A program made the position numbers and the translations under genes. From Ramlibacter sp. (GTDB taxonomy: Bacteria > Pseudomonadota > Gammaproteobacteria > Burkholderiales > Burkholderiaceae_C), in the NCBI GenBank assembly GCA_019635415.1, contig JAHBZN010000006.1, forward strand, positions 23,034 through 87,033: DNA of 64,000 nt, in the 5' to 3' direction. The notes beneath the pieces are model-generated. The model saw nothing but the letters and a program-made list of their open reading frames with translations, was not told the origin of the DNA and searched no databases. How positions within the stretch are numbered: the first letter of the stretch is position 1; the number at the start of each line of letters is the position of its first letter. Positions 50,522 through 62,217 of this stretch are shown one piece after another.

Positions 50522-52110
50522 CCCAGACTGCGCCTCTGCCGACCCGACGCGAAGAACTGATGGCCCGCCTGGCCGAGCCGTGTACCTATGACATGGCCGT
50601 GATCGGTGGGGGGGCCACCGGCCTGGGGGTCGCGCTGGACGCGGCAACGCGCGGGTTGCGGGTGGTGCTGGTCGAGTCGCACGATTTCGCCAAGGGCACG
50701 TCGTCGCGTGCCACCAAGCTGGTTCACGGCGGGGTCCGCTACCTGGCGCAGGGCAACATCGCCCTGGTGCGCGAAGCCCTTCACGAGCGCACCACGCTGC
50801 TGAACAACGCTCCCCACCTGGCCCAGCCTCTGCCTTTCGTGATGCCGTCCTACAAGCTCTGGGAAACGCCCTTTTATGGCGTGGGCCTCAAGATGTATGA
50901 CGCGTTGGCCGGAAGCGCTGGCCTGGGGCCCACTGAGTTCCTGGGGCGGGCGGAAACCCTGAAGTTGCTGCCCAATGCCCAGCCTGACGGACTGAAGGGG
51001 GGTGTCAAGTACTGGGACGGCCAGTTCAACGACGCCCGGCTGGCGCTGGCCCTGGCGCGCACGGCGGCTGTGCATGGCGCTCTGCTGGTGAACTACTGCG
51101 CGGCGACCGGTCTGATCCATGAAGAGGGAAAAGTCGCGGGGCTGGTCTGCGAGGACCGGGCCAGCGGGCAGTCCTTTGCGCTGCGGGCCGGCTGCGTGGT
51201 CAATGCCACAGGCGTCTGGGTGGACGAATTGCGCAGCCGGGACGGCGAGGCAACCGGCCGGCCAGCGCGCCCCATGGTGGCGCCGAGCCAGGGCGTGCAT
51301 CTGGTGGTGGACCGGGAGTTCCTGGTAGGGGACCATGCGCTCATGGTGCCCAAGACGGCCGACGGCCGGGTGCTGTTCGGAGTGCCCTGGCTGGGCAAGG
51401 TGATCCTGGGGACCACCGATACGCCGCGGCACGACCTGGCCCGGGAGCCGTCGCCGTTTCACGAGGAAATTGACTTCATCCTGGGCGAGTCCGCGCGCTA
51501 CCTCGCGCGAGCACCCCGGCGCCAGGATGTCAAAAGCGTCTGGGTGGGCTTGCGCCCCCTGGTGAAGCCGCCAGACGATGACGGGGAGAACACCAAAGGG
51601 TTGAGCCGCGAGCACACGGTGCTGGTCAGCCGAAGCGGCCTGGTCACCGTGACGGGCGGCAAGTGGACGACCTACCGCGCCATGGCCGAGGACGTGCTGG
51701 ACAAATGCCTTGAAAAATCCCTGATCAAGACGCCTTCAAAGGGCCGGACGGCGCACCTCAAGCTGGTCGGGGCGCAGGACATGCCTGCGGGCGGGCCGCG
51801 CATTTGCGACGAGCCCGGACTGCACTCGTATGGCTCGGAGGCTGCCTGGGTCGAGGCCATGCCAGATGGCGGCGCTGTCCTCGGTGGCGGCCTGACCCGC
51901 GCCATGGTGCGCTTTGCTGCTCAATATGAGTATGCGCTCACTGTTGAAGATGTCCTTGCCAGGCGATCCCGGCTACTGTTCCTCGATGCGCGGATGGCTG
52001 CTTCCCTGGCGCCCGAGGTTGGCCGTCTGCTACAGGAGGAAACGGGCATGGACCCCCAAACGGAGGCCTTTGCGGCTCTGGCGCAGCATAGCCTCCAGTT
52101 GCCGGCCTGA
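50518..52110 (+). CDS. glpD: Aerobic glycerol-3-phosphate dehydrogenase
   Basis: [14 protein letters not shown]...[21 protein letters not shown] overlap with glpK. Confidence 0.93.
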   Translation: MTQTAPLPTRREELMARLAEPCTYDMAVIGGGATGLGVALDAATRGLRVVLVESHDFAKGTSSRATKLVHGGVRYLAQGNIALVREALHERTTLLNNAPHLAQPLPFVMPSYKLWETPFYGVGLKMYDALAGSAGLGPTEFLGRAETLKLLPNAQPDGLKGGVKYWDGQFNDARLALALARTAAVHGALLVNYCAATGLIHEEGKVAGLVCEDRASGQSFALRAGCVVNATGVWVDELRSRDGEATGRPARPMVAPSQGVHLVVDREFLVGDHALMVPKTADGRVLFGVPWLGKVILGTTDTPRHDLAREPSPFHEEIDFILGESARYLARAPRRQDVKSVWVGLRPLVKPPDDDGENTKGLSREHTVLVSRSGLVTVTGGKWTTYRAMAEDVLDKCLEKSLIKTPSKGRTAHLKLVGAQDMPAGGPRICDEPGLHSYGSEAAWVEAMPDGGAVLGGGLTRAMVRFAAQYEYALTVEDVLARRSRLLFLDARMAASLAPEVGRLLQEETGMDPQTEAFAALAQHSLQLPA

Positions 52111-52116
52111 AGGCAT

Positions 52117-52145
52117 TTGACAAGCAATTCCTGATTTGCCATAAT
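52117..52145 (+). promoter_or_regulatory. Candidate sigma-70 promoter of the spc ribosomal operon
   Basis: TTGACA (52117-52122), 17 nt spacer, CATAAT (52140-52145). About 170 nt upstream of rplN. Confidence 0.5.
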
Positions 52146-52316
52146 CGTGGGCTGCGCTTGAAAAGCGTGGGGAAGGCCAATGGGTCTTCCTGCTCTGCCC
52201 AGCGAAAGCGTCACGAATGGTTTGTGGCGTGGACGACGGGCCCAAGACTGACCGGTGGTGTGTGGCGGCCTCGTGGCTGGCCAAAAACCCCTGGTGCAAG
52301 TTGGGAATATTGAAAA

Positions 52317-52685
52317 ATGATCCAGACTGAATCCCGGCTCGAAGTCGCCGACAACACTGGTGCGAAGTCCGTTCTTTGCATCAAGGTGCTCGGTGGTTCC
52401 AAGCGTCGCTACGCCAGCGTGGGCGACATCATCAAGGTGAGCATCAAGGAAGCTGCTCCGCGCGGCCGCGTCAAAAAGGGCGAGGTCTACAGCGCAGTGG
52501 TCGTCCGTACCGCCAAGGGCATCCGCCGCGGCGATGGCTCGCTCGTCAAGTTCGACGGCAACGCCGCCGTGCTGCTCAACAACAAGCTGGAGCCCATTGG
52601 CACCCGCATCTTCGGGCCGGTGACGCGTGAGTTGCGTACCGAGCGCTTCATGAAGATCGTGTCCCTGGCTCCTGAAGTTCTGTAA
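52317..52685 (+). CDS. rplN: 50S ribosomal protein L14
   Basis: [17 protein letters not shown]... Confidence 0.98.
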   Translation: MIQTESRLEVADNTGAKSVLCIKVLGGSKRRYASVGDIIKVSIKEAAPRGRVKKGEVYSAVVVRTAKGIRRGDGSLVKFDGNAAVLLNNKLEPIGTRIFGPVTRELRTERFMKIVSLAPEVL

Positions 52686-52696
52686 GAGGACGCGTC

Positions 52697-53014
52697 ATGA
52701 ACAAGATTCGCAAAGGCGACGAAGTCATCGTGCTCGCGGGCCGTGACAAGGGCAAGCGTGGCAAGGTCACGTTGCGCAAGGATGACTCCCATCTCGTGGT
52801 GGAGGGCATCAATCTGGTGAAGAAGCACACCAAGCCCAATCCCCTGAAGGGCACCACGGGTGGCATCGTTGAAAAGGCCATGCCGATTCACCAGTCCAAC
52901 GTGGCGATCTACAACGGCGCTACTGGCAAGGCGGACCGCGTGGGCGTCAAGGTTGATGGCGACAAGCGCGTTCGCGTCTTCAAGTCCAGTGGCGAAGAAA
53001 TCAAGGTAGCATGA
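52697..53014 (+). CDS. rplX: 50S ribosomal protein L24
   Basis: [22 protein letters not shown] (KOW motif). Confidence 0.97.
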   Translation: MNKIRKGDEVIVLAGRDKGKRGKVTLRKDDSHLVVEGINLVKKHTKPNPLKGTTGGIVEKAMPIHQSNVAIYNGATGKADRVGVKVDGDKRVRVFKSSGEEIKVA

Positions 53015-53016
53015 CC

Positions 53017-53556
53017 ATGGCACGACTGCAACAACACTATCGCGAGAAGGTGGTCCCTGAGTTGACTGCCAAGTTCGGCTACAAGTCTCCGATGGAGGTG
53101 CCGCGCCTGACCAAGATCACCCTGAACATGGGTGTGTCCGAGGCGGTTGCCGACAAGAAGGTCATGGACAATGCCGTGGCGGATCTGACCAAGATTGCGG
53201 GTCAGAAGCCGGTGGTGACCAAGGCCAAGAAGGCCATTGCGGGTTTCAAGATCCGCGAAGGCCAGGCCATTGGCTGCATGGTGACTCTGCGTGGCGTTCA
53301 GATGTATGAGTTTCTGGACCGCTTTGTCACGGTCGCGTTGCCGCGTGTGCGTGACTTCCGGGGCATCTCCGGCCGTGCGTTTGACGGCCGTGGCAACTAC
53401 AACGTCGGTGTGAAAGAGCAGATCATCTTCCCCGAGATCGAATATGACAAGGTTGATGCCCTGCGTGGCCTCAACATCAGCATCACCACCACGGCGAAGA
53501 ACGACGAAGAGTGCAAGGCGCTCCTCGCTGGTTTCCGTTTCCCGTTCAAGAACTGA
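53017..53556 (+). CDS. rplE: 50S ribosomal protein L5
   Basis: [24 protein letters not shown]...; order in the spc operon. Confidence 0.97.
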   Translation: MARLQQHYREKVVPELTAKFGYKSPMEVPRLTKITLNMGVSEAVADKKVMDNAVADLTKIAGQKPVVTKAKKAIAGFKIREGQAIGCMVTLRGVQMYEFLDRFVTVALPRVRDFRGISGRAFDGRGNYNVGVKEQIIFPEIEYDKVDALRGLNISITTTAKNDEECKALLAGFRFPFKN

Positions 53557-53564
53557 GGCGAACC

Positions 53565-53870
53565 ATGGCAAAAATGGCTTTGATCGAGCGCGAACTCAAG
53601 CGGGACAAGCTGGTCGCCAAGTACGCGCAAAAGCACGCGGAACTGAAGGCGATCGCCCGTGACCCCAAGAAGAGCGACGAGGAGCGCGCTGCTGCCCGCC
53701 TGGGCTTGCAGAAGCTTCCGCGCAACGCAAATCCGACGCGTCAGCGTAACCGTTGCGAAATCACCGGTCGCCCCCGTGGCACGTTCCGCCAGTTCGGCTT
53801 GGCGCGCGCCAAGATTCGTGAGATGGCCTTCACCGGGGACATCCCCGGGGTTGTCAAGGCCAGCTGGTAA
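53565..53870 (+). CDS. rpsN: 30S ribosomal protein S14 (long, non-zinc form)
   Basis: [20 protein letters not shown]...[25 protein letters not shown]. Confidence 0.97.
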   Translation: MAKMALIERELKRDKLVAKYAQKHAELKAIARDPKKSDEERAAARLGLQKLPRNANPTRQRNRCEITGRPRGTFRQFGLARAKIREMAFTGDIPGVVKASW

Positions 53871-53891
53871 GCCGGGCAGGAGAGATACAAC

Positions 53892-54287
53892 ATGAGCATG
53901 AGTGATCCCATTGCCGACCTGCTGACCCGCATCCGCAACGCGCAGATGGTGGCCAAGTCGACTGTTTCGGTGCCGTCTTCCAAGGTGAAGGTGGCCATCG
54001 CCCAGGTCCTGAAGGACGAGGGTTATATCGACGGTTTCCAGGTCAAGACCGAGTCCGGCAAGTCCGAACTCGAAATCGCCCTCAAGTACTATGCCGGCCG
54101 TCCGGTCATTGAGCGTATCGAGCGCGTGAGCCGCCCTGGCTTGCGCGTTTACAAGGGCCATGATGCCATTCCCCAGGTCATGAATGGCCTGGGCGTGGCG
54201 ATCGTGACCACCCCCAAGGGTGTCATGACTGATCGCAAGGCGCGCGCTTCCGGTGTCGGTGGTGAAGTGCTTTGCTACGTCGCCTAA
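53892..54287 (+). CDS. rpsH: 30S ribosomal protein S8
   Basis: [17 protein letters not shown]... Confidence 0.98.
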   Translation: MSMSDPIADLLTRIRNAQMVAKSTVSVPSSKVKVAIAQVLKDEGYIDGFQVKTESGKSELEIALKYYAGRPVIERIERVSRPGLRVYKGHDAIPQVMNGLGVAIVTTPKGVMTDRKARASGVGGEVLCYVA

Positions 54288-54302
54288 GGGAAGGAGCAGA
54301 AA

Positions 54303-54836
54303 ATGTCCCGTGTAGGAAAAATGCCTGTCAGCGTACCCGCTGGCGTCGACGTGTCCATCAAGGAAGACCAGATCAGCGTGAAAGGTGCCGGTGGCACTCT
54401 CATGTTGTCTCAGAACGCTCTTGTCAAGATCGTGAGCAAGGATGGCAAGCTCAGTTTTGAGCCGGCCAATGACTCGCGTGAGGCCAATGCCATGAGTGGC
54501 ACGATGCGTCAGCTGGTGAACAACATGGTGACCGGTGTCACCAAGGGCTTCGAAAAGAAGCTGAGCCTGATCGGTGTGGGCTACAAGGCTCAGGCCCAAG
54601 GCGCGAAGTTGAACCTCAATGTGGGTTATTCGCATCCAGTGAACAAGGACATGCCTGCTGGCATTACCGTCTCCACGCCCACCCCGACCGAGGTGGTGAT
54701 CAAGGGGGCTGACCGTCAGCGCGTTGGCCAGGTGGCCGCTGAAATTCGTGCGATCCGTCCGCCCGAGCCCTACAAGGGCAAGGGTATCCGCTATGCGGAC
54801 GAGAAGATCACGATCAAAGAGACCAAGAAGAAGTAA
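54303..54836 (+). CDS. rplF: 50S ribosomal protein L6
   Basis: [17 protein letters not shown]... Confidence 0.98.
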   Translation: MSRVGKMPVSVPAGVDVSIKEDQISVKGAGGTLMLSQNALVKIVSKDGKLSFEPANDSREANAMSGTMRQLVNNMVTGVTKGFEKKLSLIGVGYKAQAQGAKLNLNVGYSHPVNKDMPAGITVSTPTPTEVVIKGADRQRVGQVAAEIRAIRPPEPYKGKGIRYADEKITIKETKKK

Positions 54837-54847
54837 GGATCTGCAAA

Positions 54848-55213
54848 ATGTTGACCAAAAAAGAGCAGCGTCTTCGCAGGTCTCGTCAGACCCGCATCCG
54901 TATTGCCACTCAGGGTGTTGCGCGCCTGACGGTGAACCGTACCAATCTGCACATTTACGCCAGTGTCATCTCCGGCGATGGCGCCAAGGTTCTGGCCAGT
55001 GCCTCGACCGCCGAGGTGGAGGTTCGCAAATCGCTCGGAGCCTCCGGCAAAGGTGGAAACACCGCCGCGGCGCAGGCCATTGGCAAGCGCATTGCCGAAA
55101 AGGCCAAGGCGGCCGGTGTCGAGAAGGTGGCATTTGATCGCGCAGGCTTTGCGTATCACGGTCGCGTGAAGGCGCTGGCCGATGCGGCTCGCGAAGCGGG
55201 CCTGCAGTTCTAA
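54848..55213 (+). CDS. rplR: 50S ribosomal protein L18
   Basis: ...[16 protein letters not shown]...[26 protein letters not shown]. Confidence 0.97.
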   Translation: MLTKKEQRLRRSRQTRIRIATQGVARLTVNRTNLHIYASVISGDGAKVLASASTAEVEVRKSLGASGKGGNTAAAQAIGKRIAEKAKAAGVEKVAFDRAGFAYHGRVKALADAAREAGLQF

Positions 55214-55231
55214 CGAACACGGAAATACATC

Positions 55232-55750
55232 ATGGCAAGAGTTCAGGCAAAAACCCAAGGTGACGGTCCCGAAGACGGGATGCGCGAAAAGATGATTGCG
55301 GTCAACCGCGTGACCAAGGTGGTGAAGGGTGGCCGTATTCTCGGCTTCGCTGCGCTGACCGTGGTGGGCGATGGTGACGGCCGCGTGGGCATGGGCAAGG
55401 GCAAGTCCAAGGAAGTGCCTGCAGCTGTGCAAAAGGCCATGGAAGAGGCTCGTCGCAACATGACCAAGGTGTCGTTGAAGAACGGCACGATTCATCACAA
55501 CGTGACCGGTCACCATGGCGCGGCGGTTGTGATGATGGCTCCAGCCCCCAAGGGGACGGGCATCATCGCTGGCGGCCCCATGCGCGCCGTCTTCGAGGTG
55601 ATGGGGATCACCGACATCGTGGCCAAGAGCCACGGGTCGTCAAACCCTTACAACATGGTTCGCGCGACGTTTGATGCGCTGCGCAACTCCACGACGCCTT
55701 CTGAGGTTGCTGCCAAGCGTGGCAAGCAGCTCGAAGAAATCTTCGCCTGA
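55232..55750 (+). CDS. rpsE: 30S ribosomal protein S5
   Basis: ...[35 protein letters not shown]... Confidence 0.98.
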   Translation: MARVQAKTQGDGPEDGMREKMIAVNRVTKVVKGGRILGFAALTVVGDGDGRVGMGKGKSKEVPAAVQKAMEEARRNMTKVSLKNGTIHHNVTGHHGAAVVMMAPAPKGTGIIAGGPMRAVFEVMGITDIVAKSHGSSNPYNMVRATFDALRNSTTPSEVAAKRGKQLEEIFA

Positions 55751-55764
55751 TCCGGAGATCGACG

Positions 55765-55947
55765 ATGACTACCCAACAAACTCTCAAAGTTCAGCTGGTT
55801 CGCAGTCCGATCGGGACCAAGGAGTCGCATCGGGCCACGGTTCGCGGGCTGGGCTTGCGCAAGCTCAACAGCGTCAGCGAACTGCAGGATACGCCCGCTG
55901 TACGCGGCATGATCAACAAGATCAGCTATCTGGTCAAAGTGCTCTAA
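55765..55947 (+). CDS. rpmD: 50S ribosomal protein L30
   Basis: 60 aa. [29 protein letters not shown]. Confidence 0.96.
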   Translation: MTTQQTLKVQLVRSPIGTKESHRATVRGLGLRKLNSVSELQDTPAVRGMINKISYLVKVL

Positions 55948-55956
55948 AGGCTTTCC

Positions 55957-56388
55957 ATGGAACTCAACACTATCAAGCCGGCCGACGGTGCCAAGCACGC
56001 CAAGCGTCGCGTGGGTCGTGGTATCGGCTCCGGTCTCGGCAAGACGGCCGGTCGTGGTCACAAAGGCCAGAAGTCCCGTTCGGGTGGATTTCACAAGGTC
56101 GGTTTCGAAGGCGGTCAGATGCCGCTGCAGCGCCGGCTGCCCAAGCGGGGCTTCAAGTCGCATCTGCTCAAGTTCAATGCAGAGGTGACGCTCACGGCGC
56201 TTGACAAGCTGGGTCTGCCGGAAGTGGATTTGCTGGCCCTCAAGCAAGCTGGGCTGGTTGGCGAGATTGCCAAGGTGGTGAAGGTCATCAAGTCTGGCGA
56301 AATCAAAACGGCAGTGAAGCTGGTGGGAATTGGCGCAACGGCTGGTGCGAAGGCGGCTATTGAAGCTGCTGGCGGCGCGGTGGCCTGA
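55957..56388 (+). CDS. rplO: 50S ribosomal protein L15
   Basis: [44 protein letters not shown]. Confidence 0.98.
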   Translation: MELNTIKPADGAKHAKRRVGRGIGSGLGKTAGRGHKGQKSRSGGFHKVGFEGGQMPLQRRLPKRGFKSHLLKFNAEVTLTALDKLGLPEVDLLALKQAGLVGEIAKVVKVIKSGEIKTAVKLVGIGATAGAKAAIEAAGGAVA

Positions 56389-56416
56389 GGCTTTCAGGAT
56401 TTAGAGGACGGCACGA

Positions 56417-57736
56417 GTGGCAACAAGCCCTGCTTCCATGGCAAAAACCGGCAAGTTCGGCGATCTGCGTCGTCGGCTGGTGTTTCTGCTGCTTGCGCTG
56501 GTGGTTTACCGCATCGGCGCGCACATTCCTGTGCCAGGCATTGATCCTGGTCAGCTGCAGCAACTGTTCAAGGGGCAGCAAGGCGGGATCCTCAGCCTCT
56601 TCAACATGTTCTCGGGTGGTGCCCTGTCGCGCTTTACGGTGTTTGCGCTGGGCATCATGCCCTACATCTCTGCGTCGATCATCATGCAGTTGCTCACCTA
56701 CGTTGTCCCAACGTTCGAGCAATTAAAAAAAGAGGGTGAGGCCGGGCGCCGGAAGATCACCCAGTACACGCGGTATGGCACCCTGGGTTTGGCCATTTTC
56801 CAGTCCCTCAGCATTGCTGTAGCGCTTGAGAGTTCTGCCGGCCTCGTGTTGAATCCGGGCTTCGGATTCCGCATGACCGCGGCGGTGAGTCTCACCGCCG
56901 GAACCATGTTTCTGATGTGGCTGGGCGAGCAGGTGACCGAGCGAGGGCTTGGGAACGGCATTTCCATCCTTATTTTTGCCGGGATTGCCGCGGGGCTTCC
57001 GAATGCGGTGGGTGGCTTGCTCGAACTGGTTCGCACGGGTGCAATGAGCATCCTGGTCGCGGTGTTCATCGTGGCTGTGGTGATGTTGGTGACCTATTTT
57101 GTGGTGTTTGTCGAGCGTGGTCAGCGGAAAATCCTGGTCAATTACGCGCGACGCCAGGTGGGTAACAAGGTCTATGGCGGGCAGTCGTCCCATCTGCCGT
57201 TGAAGCTGAACATGGCGGGTGTGATTCCCCCGATCTTTGCTTCGTCAATCATTCTTCTGCCGGCCACCGTCGTGAACTGGTTTTCGACGGGCGACGCCAT
57301 GCGGTGGTTGAAGGACTTTGCGGGCATGCTGACGCCAGGCCAACCGATTTATGTGCTCCTTTACGCGAGTGCCATCGTATTTTTCTGCTTCTTCTACACG
57401 GCACTTGTATTCAACAGTCGAGAGACTGCCGACAATCTGAAGAAGAGTGGCGCGTTCATCCCGGGGATTCGGCCTGGAGAGCAGACGGCCCGTTATATCG
57501 ACAAGATTCTGGTTCGACTGACCCTCGCGGGGGCCGTTTACATCACCTTTGTGTGTTTGCTCCCTGAGTTTCTGATTCTGAAATACAACGTCCCGTTTTA
57601 TTTCGGTGGGACATCGCTGCTGATCATCGTGGTAGTAACCATGGACTTCATGGCCCAGGTTCAAAACTACATGATGTCTCAGCAATACGAATCGCTTTTG
57701 AAGAAGGCAAATTTCAAGACGTCACTCGGTGGTTGA
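56417..57736 (+). CDS. secY: Preprotein translocase subunit SecY
   Basis: ...[28 protein letters not shown]...; 10 TM segments. GTG start with GAGGA upstream (alternative ATG at 56438). Confidence 0.97.
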   Translation: MATSPASMAKTGKFGDLRRRLVFLLLALVVYRIGAHIPVPGIDPGQLQQLFKGQQGGILSLFNMFSGGALSRFTVFALGIMPYISASIIMQLLTYVVPTFEQLKKEGEAGRRKITQYTRYGTLGLAIFQSLSIAVALESSAGLVLNPGFGFRMTAAVSLTAGTMFLMWLGEQVTERGLGNGISILIFAGIAAGLPNAVGGLLELVRTGAMSILVAVFIVAVVMLVTYFVVFVERGQRKILVNYARRQVGNKVYGGQSSHLPLKLNMAGVIPPIFASSIILLPATVVNWFSTGDAMRWLKDFAGMLTPGQPIYVLLYASAIVFFCFFYTALVFNSRETADNLKKSGAFIPGIRPGEQTARYIDKILVRLTLAGAVYITFVCLLPEFLILKYNVPFYFGGTSLLIIVVVTMDFMAQVQNYMMSQQYESLLKKANFKTSLGG

Positions 57737-57742
57737 GGCGGC

Positions 57743-57961
57743 ATGGCCAAAGACGATGTCATCCAAATGCAGGGTGAGGTTGTTGAAAACCTGCCAAACG
57801 CGACTTTTCGTGTGAAGCTGGAAAATGGGCACGTGGTGCTCGGACATATTTCAGGGAAGATGCGGATGCACTACATCCGCATTCTCCCGGGTGACAAAGT
57901 CACCGTTGAGTTGACGCCCTACGACTTGTCGCGGGCACGTATCGTGTTCCGCGCCAAGTGA
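57743..57961 (+). CDS. infA: Translation initiation factor IF-1
   Basis: [41 protein letters not shown]... Confidence 0.98.
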   Translation: MAKDDVIQMQGEVVENLPNATFRVKLENGHVVLGHISGKMRMHYIRILPGDKVTVELTPYDLSRARIVFRAK

Positions 57962-57985
57962 GCGGGTAGTTTTAGGAGAACAGTT

Positions 57986-58099
57986 ATGAGAGTTTCGGCT
58001 TCGGTCAAGAAAATTTGCCGCAACTGCAAAATCATCCGCCGCAAGGGCGTGGTTCGCGTGATCTGCACCGATCCGCGCCACAAGCAGCGGCAAGGCTGA
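57986..58099 (+). CDS. rpmJ: 50S ribosomal protein L36 (zinc-binding form); not in the supplied ORF track because it is under 60 aa
   Basis: Hand translation gives [42 protein letters not shown] lies 7 nt upstream. Confidence 0.93.
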   Translation: MRVSASVKKICRNCKIIRRKGVVRVICTDPRHKQRQG

Positions 58100-58123
58100 T
58101 TGCAAGAGTAATAGAGGATCAAC

Positions 58124-58489
58124 ATGGCACGTATCGCTGGCATCAACATTCCGCCGCATCAACATGCAGAAATCGGCCTGACCGCCATTTTCGGCATCGG
58201 TCGTACCCGCGCCCGCAAAATTTGCGAAGCAACGGGCATTGCCTATTCCAAGAAGGTCAAGGACCTCACGGACGGCGACCTCGAGAAAATTCGTGATGCA
58301 ATTGCACAGTTCACGATTGAGGGTGACCTGCGTCGTGAAACGACGATGAACATCAAGCGCCTGATGGATATCGGGTGCTATCGCGGCTTCCGTCATCGTC
58401 GCGGGCTGCCGATGCGTGGTCAGCGCACGCGTACCAACGCTCGTACCCGCAAGGGACCGCGTAAGGCCGCTCAGGCCCTGAAGAAATAA
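58124..58489 (+). CDS. rpsM: 30S ribosomal protein S13
   Basis: [30 protein letters not shown]... Confidence 0.98.
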   Translation: MARIAGINIPPHQHAEIGLTAIFGIGRTRARKICEATGIAYSKKVKDLTDGDLEKIRDAIAQFTIEGDLRRETTMNIKRLMDIGCYRGFRHRRGLPMRGQRTRTNARTRKGPRKAAQALKK

Positions 58490-58507
58490 CCGGGAAAGAG
58501 AAACGTC

Positions 58508-58912
58508 ATGGCTAAATCCCCTGCCAACAATGCAGCACAACGTGTGCGCAAGAAGGTCCGCAAGAATGTGTCCGATGGGATCGCGCACGTTCATGCTTCC
58601 TTTAATAACACCATCATTACCATCACTGACCGCCAGGGCAACGCGTTGTCGTGGGCTTCCTCCGGGGGCCAGGGCTTCAAGGGCTCGCGCAAGTCAACTC
58701 CTTTCGCGGCGCAGGTGGCTTCCGAAGTTGCGGGTCGTGCGGCCATTGAGCAGGGCATCAAGAATCTTGACGTCGAAATCAAAGGTCCGGGGCCAGGTCG
58801 TGAGTCGTCCGTGCGGGCGCTCGCTGCTCTGGGCATTCGGATCAACTCGATCGCCGACGTGACCCCGGTTCCGCACAACGGTTGCCGTCCGCAGAAGCGT
58901 CGTCGGATCTGA
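58508..58912 (+). CDS. rpsK: 30S ribosomal protein S11
   Basis: ...[30 protein letters not shown]... Confidence 0.98.
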   Translation: MAKSPANNAAQRVRKKVRKNVSDGIAHVHASFNNTIITITDRQGNALSWASSGGQGFKGSRKSTPFAAQVASEVAGRAAIEQGIKNLDVEIKGPGPGRESSVRALAALGIRINSIADVTPVPHNGCRPQKRRRI

Positions 58913-58995
58913 TTTTTTTCAAGCCCACCGCCGAACCTCGAATGGGGCCGGCTCCTGCAGCATCAGGCTGCAGCAGATGATTTAAAGGAAGCAAA

Positions 58996-59619
58996 GTGGC
59001 ACGTTATCTCGGCCCGAAGGCCAAACTCTCTCGCCGTGAAGGCACTGATCTGTTCCTGAAGAGTGCTCGCCGCTCGATCAGCGACAAAGCGAAATTTGAC
59101 TCTAAGCCAGGACAGCATGGCCGCACTTCGGGTCAGCGCACCTCCGATTTCGGCTTGCAACTGCGTGAAAAGCAGAAGGTGAAGCGGATGTATGGTGTTT
59201 TGGAACGCCAGTTTCGCCGTTATTTCGAAGAGGCCGACCGTCGCCGGGGCAATACCGGCGCCAATTTGCTGTTCATCCTTGAGTCTCGCCTGGACAATGT
59301 GGTTTACCGCATGGGGTTCGGTTCGACTCGAGCAGAAGCGCGTCAACTCGTTTCTCACAAGGCAATTACCGTCAATGGGCAACCGGTCAATATTCCCTCC
59401 TACATGGTGAAGACGGGGGATGTCGTTGCCGTTCGCGAAAAGTCGAAGAAGCAAAACCGGATCGCTGAAGCCCTTCAACTGGCTCAACAAGTCGGACTGC
59501 CTGCTTGGGTCGAGGTCAATGCAGACAAGGTCGAGGGCACATTCAAGAAAGTGCCTGACCGCGATGAGTTCGCTGCCGATGTCAACGAATCGTTGATCGT
59601 CGAGTTGTACTCGCGCTGA
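58996..59619 (+). CDS. rpsD: 30S ribosomal protein S4
   Basis: GTG start. [23 protein letters not shown]... Confidence 0.97.
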   Translation: MARYLGPKAKLSRREGTDLFLKSARRSISDKAKFDSKPGQHGRTSGQRTSDFGLQLREKQKVKRMYGVLERQFRRYFEEADRRRGNTGANLLFILESRLDNVVYRMGFGSTRAEARQLVSHKAITVNGQPVNIPSYMVKTGDVVAVREKSKKQNRIAEALQLAQQVGLPAWVEVNADKVEGTFKKVPDRDEFAADVNESLIVELYSR

Positions 59620-59719
59620 TTTTTACTGTTTATTTGTTCCCTGCCGCGATGCACCGCGGCCTGGGTGCTTCACCAGCCTTACCGGTGTAACGAGCCGGGG
59701 GTATTGAGAGGAAGTCTGA

Positions 59720-60709
59720 ATGCAAACCAATTTGCTGAAACCCAAAACCATCAATGTGGATCATCTTGGGGCCAACCGGGCCAAGGTGACCTTGGAGCCG
59801 TTTGAGCGTGGCTATGGTCACACGCTGGGCAATGCCCTGCGCCGCGTCCTGTTGTCATCGATGGTGGGTTACGCAGCGACCGAGGTCACCATTGCAGGAG
59901 TTCTGCATGAGTACTCCTCGATGGATGGCGTCCAGGAGGACGTCGTCAGCATTTTGTTGAACCTGAAGGGGGTGGTCTTCAAGCTTCACAATCGTGACGA
60001 AGTGACCCTGAGTCTGCGCAAGGATGGCGATGGGGTCGTGACGGCTGCGGATATCCAGACGCCTCACGATGTCGAGATCATCAATCCGGACCATGTCATC
60101 GCCAATCTGTCACAGGGTGGCAAGATTGACATGCAGATCAAGGTGGAGAAGGGCCGCGGCTACGTGCCTGGCACGATGCGCCGCTACGCTGATGAACCGA
60201 CCAAGTCGATTGGGCGGATCGTGCTTGACGCGTCGTTTTCGCCCGTCAAACGCGTTAGCTACACCGTTGAAAGCGCGCGTGTCGAACAACGCACCGACCT
60301 GGACAAGTTGGTTGTTGAAATTGAAACCAATGGTGCCATTACCGCGGAGGACGCCGTTCGCGCTTCCGCGAAGATCCTCGTCGAACAGCTGGCAGTTTTT
60401 GCCCAACTCGAGGGCAGTGAACTGGCTGCGTTTGATGCCCCGGTTCAACGCAACAACCAGCAATTTGACCCGATTTTGCTGCGTCCAGTCGACGAGCTGG
60501 AGCTCACGGTTCGGTCTGCCAACTGCCTGAAGGCTGAGAATATTTATTACATCGGCGACCTGATCCAGCGGACGGAGAACGAATTGCTGAAGACTCCGAA
60601 CTTGGGGCGCAAGTCGTTGAATGAGATCAAGGAAGTGCTTGCCTCGCGCGGGCTGACCTTGGGAATGAAATTGGAAAGCTGGCCGCCTGCCGGCTTGGAC
60701 AAACGTTAA
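59720..60709 (+). CDS. rpoA: DNA-directed RNA polymerase alpha subunit
   Basis: ...[23 protein letters not shown]...; alpha-CTD with [21 protein letters not shown]. Confidence 0.98.
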   Translation: MQTNLLKPKTINVDHLGANRAKVTLEPFERGYGHTLGNALRRVLLSSMVGYAATEVTIAGVLHEYSSMDGVQEDVVSILLNLKGVVFKLHNRDEVTLSLRKDGDGVVTAADIQTPHDVEIINPDHVIANLSQGGKIDMQIKVEKGRGYVPGTMRRYADEPTKSIGRIVLDASFSPVKRVSYTVESARVEQRTDLDKLVVEIETNGAITAEDAVRASAKILVEQLAVFAQLEGSELAAFDAPVQRNNQQFDPILLRPVDELELTVRSANCLKAENIYYIGDLIQRTENELLKTPNLGRKSLNEIKEVLASRGLTLGMKLESWPPAGLDKR

Positions 60710-60798
60710 ACAATTTGGGTGAAAAACAAGGCTGCTTGGCAGCCTTGGCCCTGTGGTACCTGATCCGGCCGCAGGATTAATAAGTAAAGGATAGCACC

Positions 60799-61197
60799 AT
60801 GCGTCACGGCCACGGCCTCCGTAAACTGAACCGCACGAGCGAGCATCGCCTCGCCATGCTTCGGAATATGATGAATTCATTGATTGAGCATGAAGTCATC
60901 AAAACCACCGTTCCCAAGGCGAAAGAATTGCGCCGGGTCGTTGAACCCATGATTACGCTCGCAAAGGAGCCGACGGTCGCTAACAAACGTCTGGCGTTCG
61001 ATCGTTTGCGTAGCCGGGACAGTGTCACCAAGCTTTTTTCTGACCTTGGCCCTCGCTTCAAGACCCGGCCGGGTGGCTACACCCGCATCTTGAAGATGGG
61101 TTTCCGTGTCGGAGACAACGCCCCCATGGCGTTGGTTGAATTGGTGGATCGCCCCGACGTTGCAGGTGCTGACGAAGCCCCTCCGAGCAAAGACTGA
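60799..61197 (+). CDS. rplQ: 50S ribosomal protein L17
   Basis: [24 protein letters not shown]... Confidence 0.98.
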   Translation: MRHGHGLRKLNRTSEHRLAMLRNMMNSLIEHEVIKTTVPKAKELRRVVEPMITLAKEPTVANKRLAFDRLRSRDSVTKLFSDLGPRFKTRPGGYTRILKMGFRVGDNAPMALVELVDRPDVAGADEAPPSKD

Positions 61198-61214
61198 GGT
61201 ATAATTCGAATTGC

Positions 61215-61291
<77 letters not shown>

Positions 61292-61317
61292 ATATGTTGG
61301 CTTGTTCTGCCAACAGC

Positions 61318-61350
61318 AAACGCCCACTTTCAGTGGGCGTTTCTGCTTCT
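61318..61350 (+). terminator. Intrinsic terminator after tRNA-fMet
   Basis: 10-bp stem AAACGCCCAC / GTGGGCGTTT with loop TTTCA and a T-rich tail (ctgcttcttt). Confidence 0.6.
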
Positions 61351-61626
61351 TTGCCATCCCGCAATGGTAGAACTGACCGATGACGTGCACACATCACGCC
61401 GCGGCTGTGAGTTTTGTGCCTCGCTTTCCCAGACTTTGCGACTAAGCTGCCATAAGCCTGTCACGAGCGACTGTCACGCTAGGCGTGGAAATTGCTCGCA
61501 AAGGTAAGGGTTACTATTTAGCCGCAACAAGTGAAAGCTCCCTAGAATGATTTCACATTGTCGACTCTTTGGGGTGACAGGGCGGAGCTGTCTTTTTGCT
61601 TAATCGTTTTAATGTAGGGGAATACC

Positions 61627-62157
61627 ATGGCGGATAGTCTGCAAAAATGGGTTGGCCGTAATCGGCCGCCTCGTGTTCAGATCACGTACGACGTCGAAAT
61701 CGGCGATGCGGTAGAGAAGAAAGAGTTGCCCATGGTCGTGGGTCTTCTGGCCGATCTCTCGGGCCAGCCCGCGACTCCGCTACCTAAGCTGAAGGACCGC
61801 CGTCTGGTTGAAATTGACCGCGACAATTTCAATGAGATCATGGGGAAAATCAGTCCCCGCCTGGATATGTCCGTTCCCGACACCATGAAGGGCGAGGGCA
61901 ATCTGAAAATCGAACTCAATTTCAAGGGGTTTGATGATTTTCACCCGGAGGCAATTGTCAAGCAGGTGCCCCGCCTAGCCAAGCTTTTGCAGGCGCGGCA
62001 GGAGCTTCGGGATTTGCTGGCCAAGCTTGACGGCAATGACGAGCTTGACGGTTTGCTCGAGGGCATCATCGCCAACACCGAGGACCTTAAGGCGCTGCAG
62101 ACTGAAGCCAACGCTGGTGCTGAAGCGTCGACCGATGAAGCGGCCCCTGCGGCCTGA
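61627..62157 (+). CDS. tssB: Type VI secretion system contractile sheath small subunit TssB (VipA/ImpB)
   Basis: RPPRVQITYDVEIGDAVEKKELPMVVGLLADLSG...IELNFKGFDDFHPEAIV. Confidence 0.93.
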   Translation: MADSLQKWVGRNRPPRVQITYDVEIGDAVEKKELPMVVGLLADLSGQPATPLPKLKDRRLVEIDRDNFNEIMGKISPRLDMSVPDTMKGEGNLKIELNFKGFDDFHPEAIVKQVPRLAKLLQARQELRDLLAKLDGNDELDGLLEGIIANTEDLKALQTEANAGAEASTDEAAPAA

Positions 62158-62217
62158 CGTCCCTTTATTGGCGTGCCCGCGTCGGCGTGCTTCAACTCAT
62201 TGAAACGGTGAATCAAA

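Noticed and set aside
60728-60746. Hairpin aaggctgc-ttg-gcagcctt between rpoA and rplQ.
   Set aside because: No U-tract, and rplQ is normally co-transcribed with rpoA. It is probably an mRNA-processing or stability structure and is not called.
61343-61626. Possible sigma-54 promoter (tggaaattgctcgc) and Fur-box-like sequence (tagaatgatttcacattgt) upstream of tssB.
   Set aside because: The GG-to-GC spacing does not fit the -24/-12 consensus. The Fur-like site matches only about half of the 19-bp consensus by hand count. This is not enough to call.
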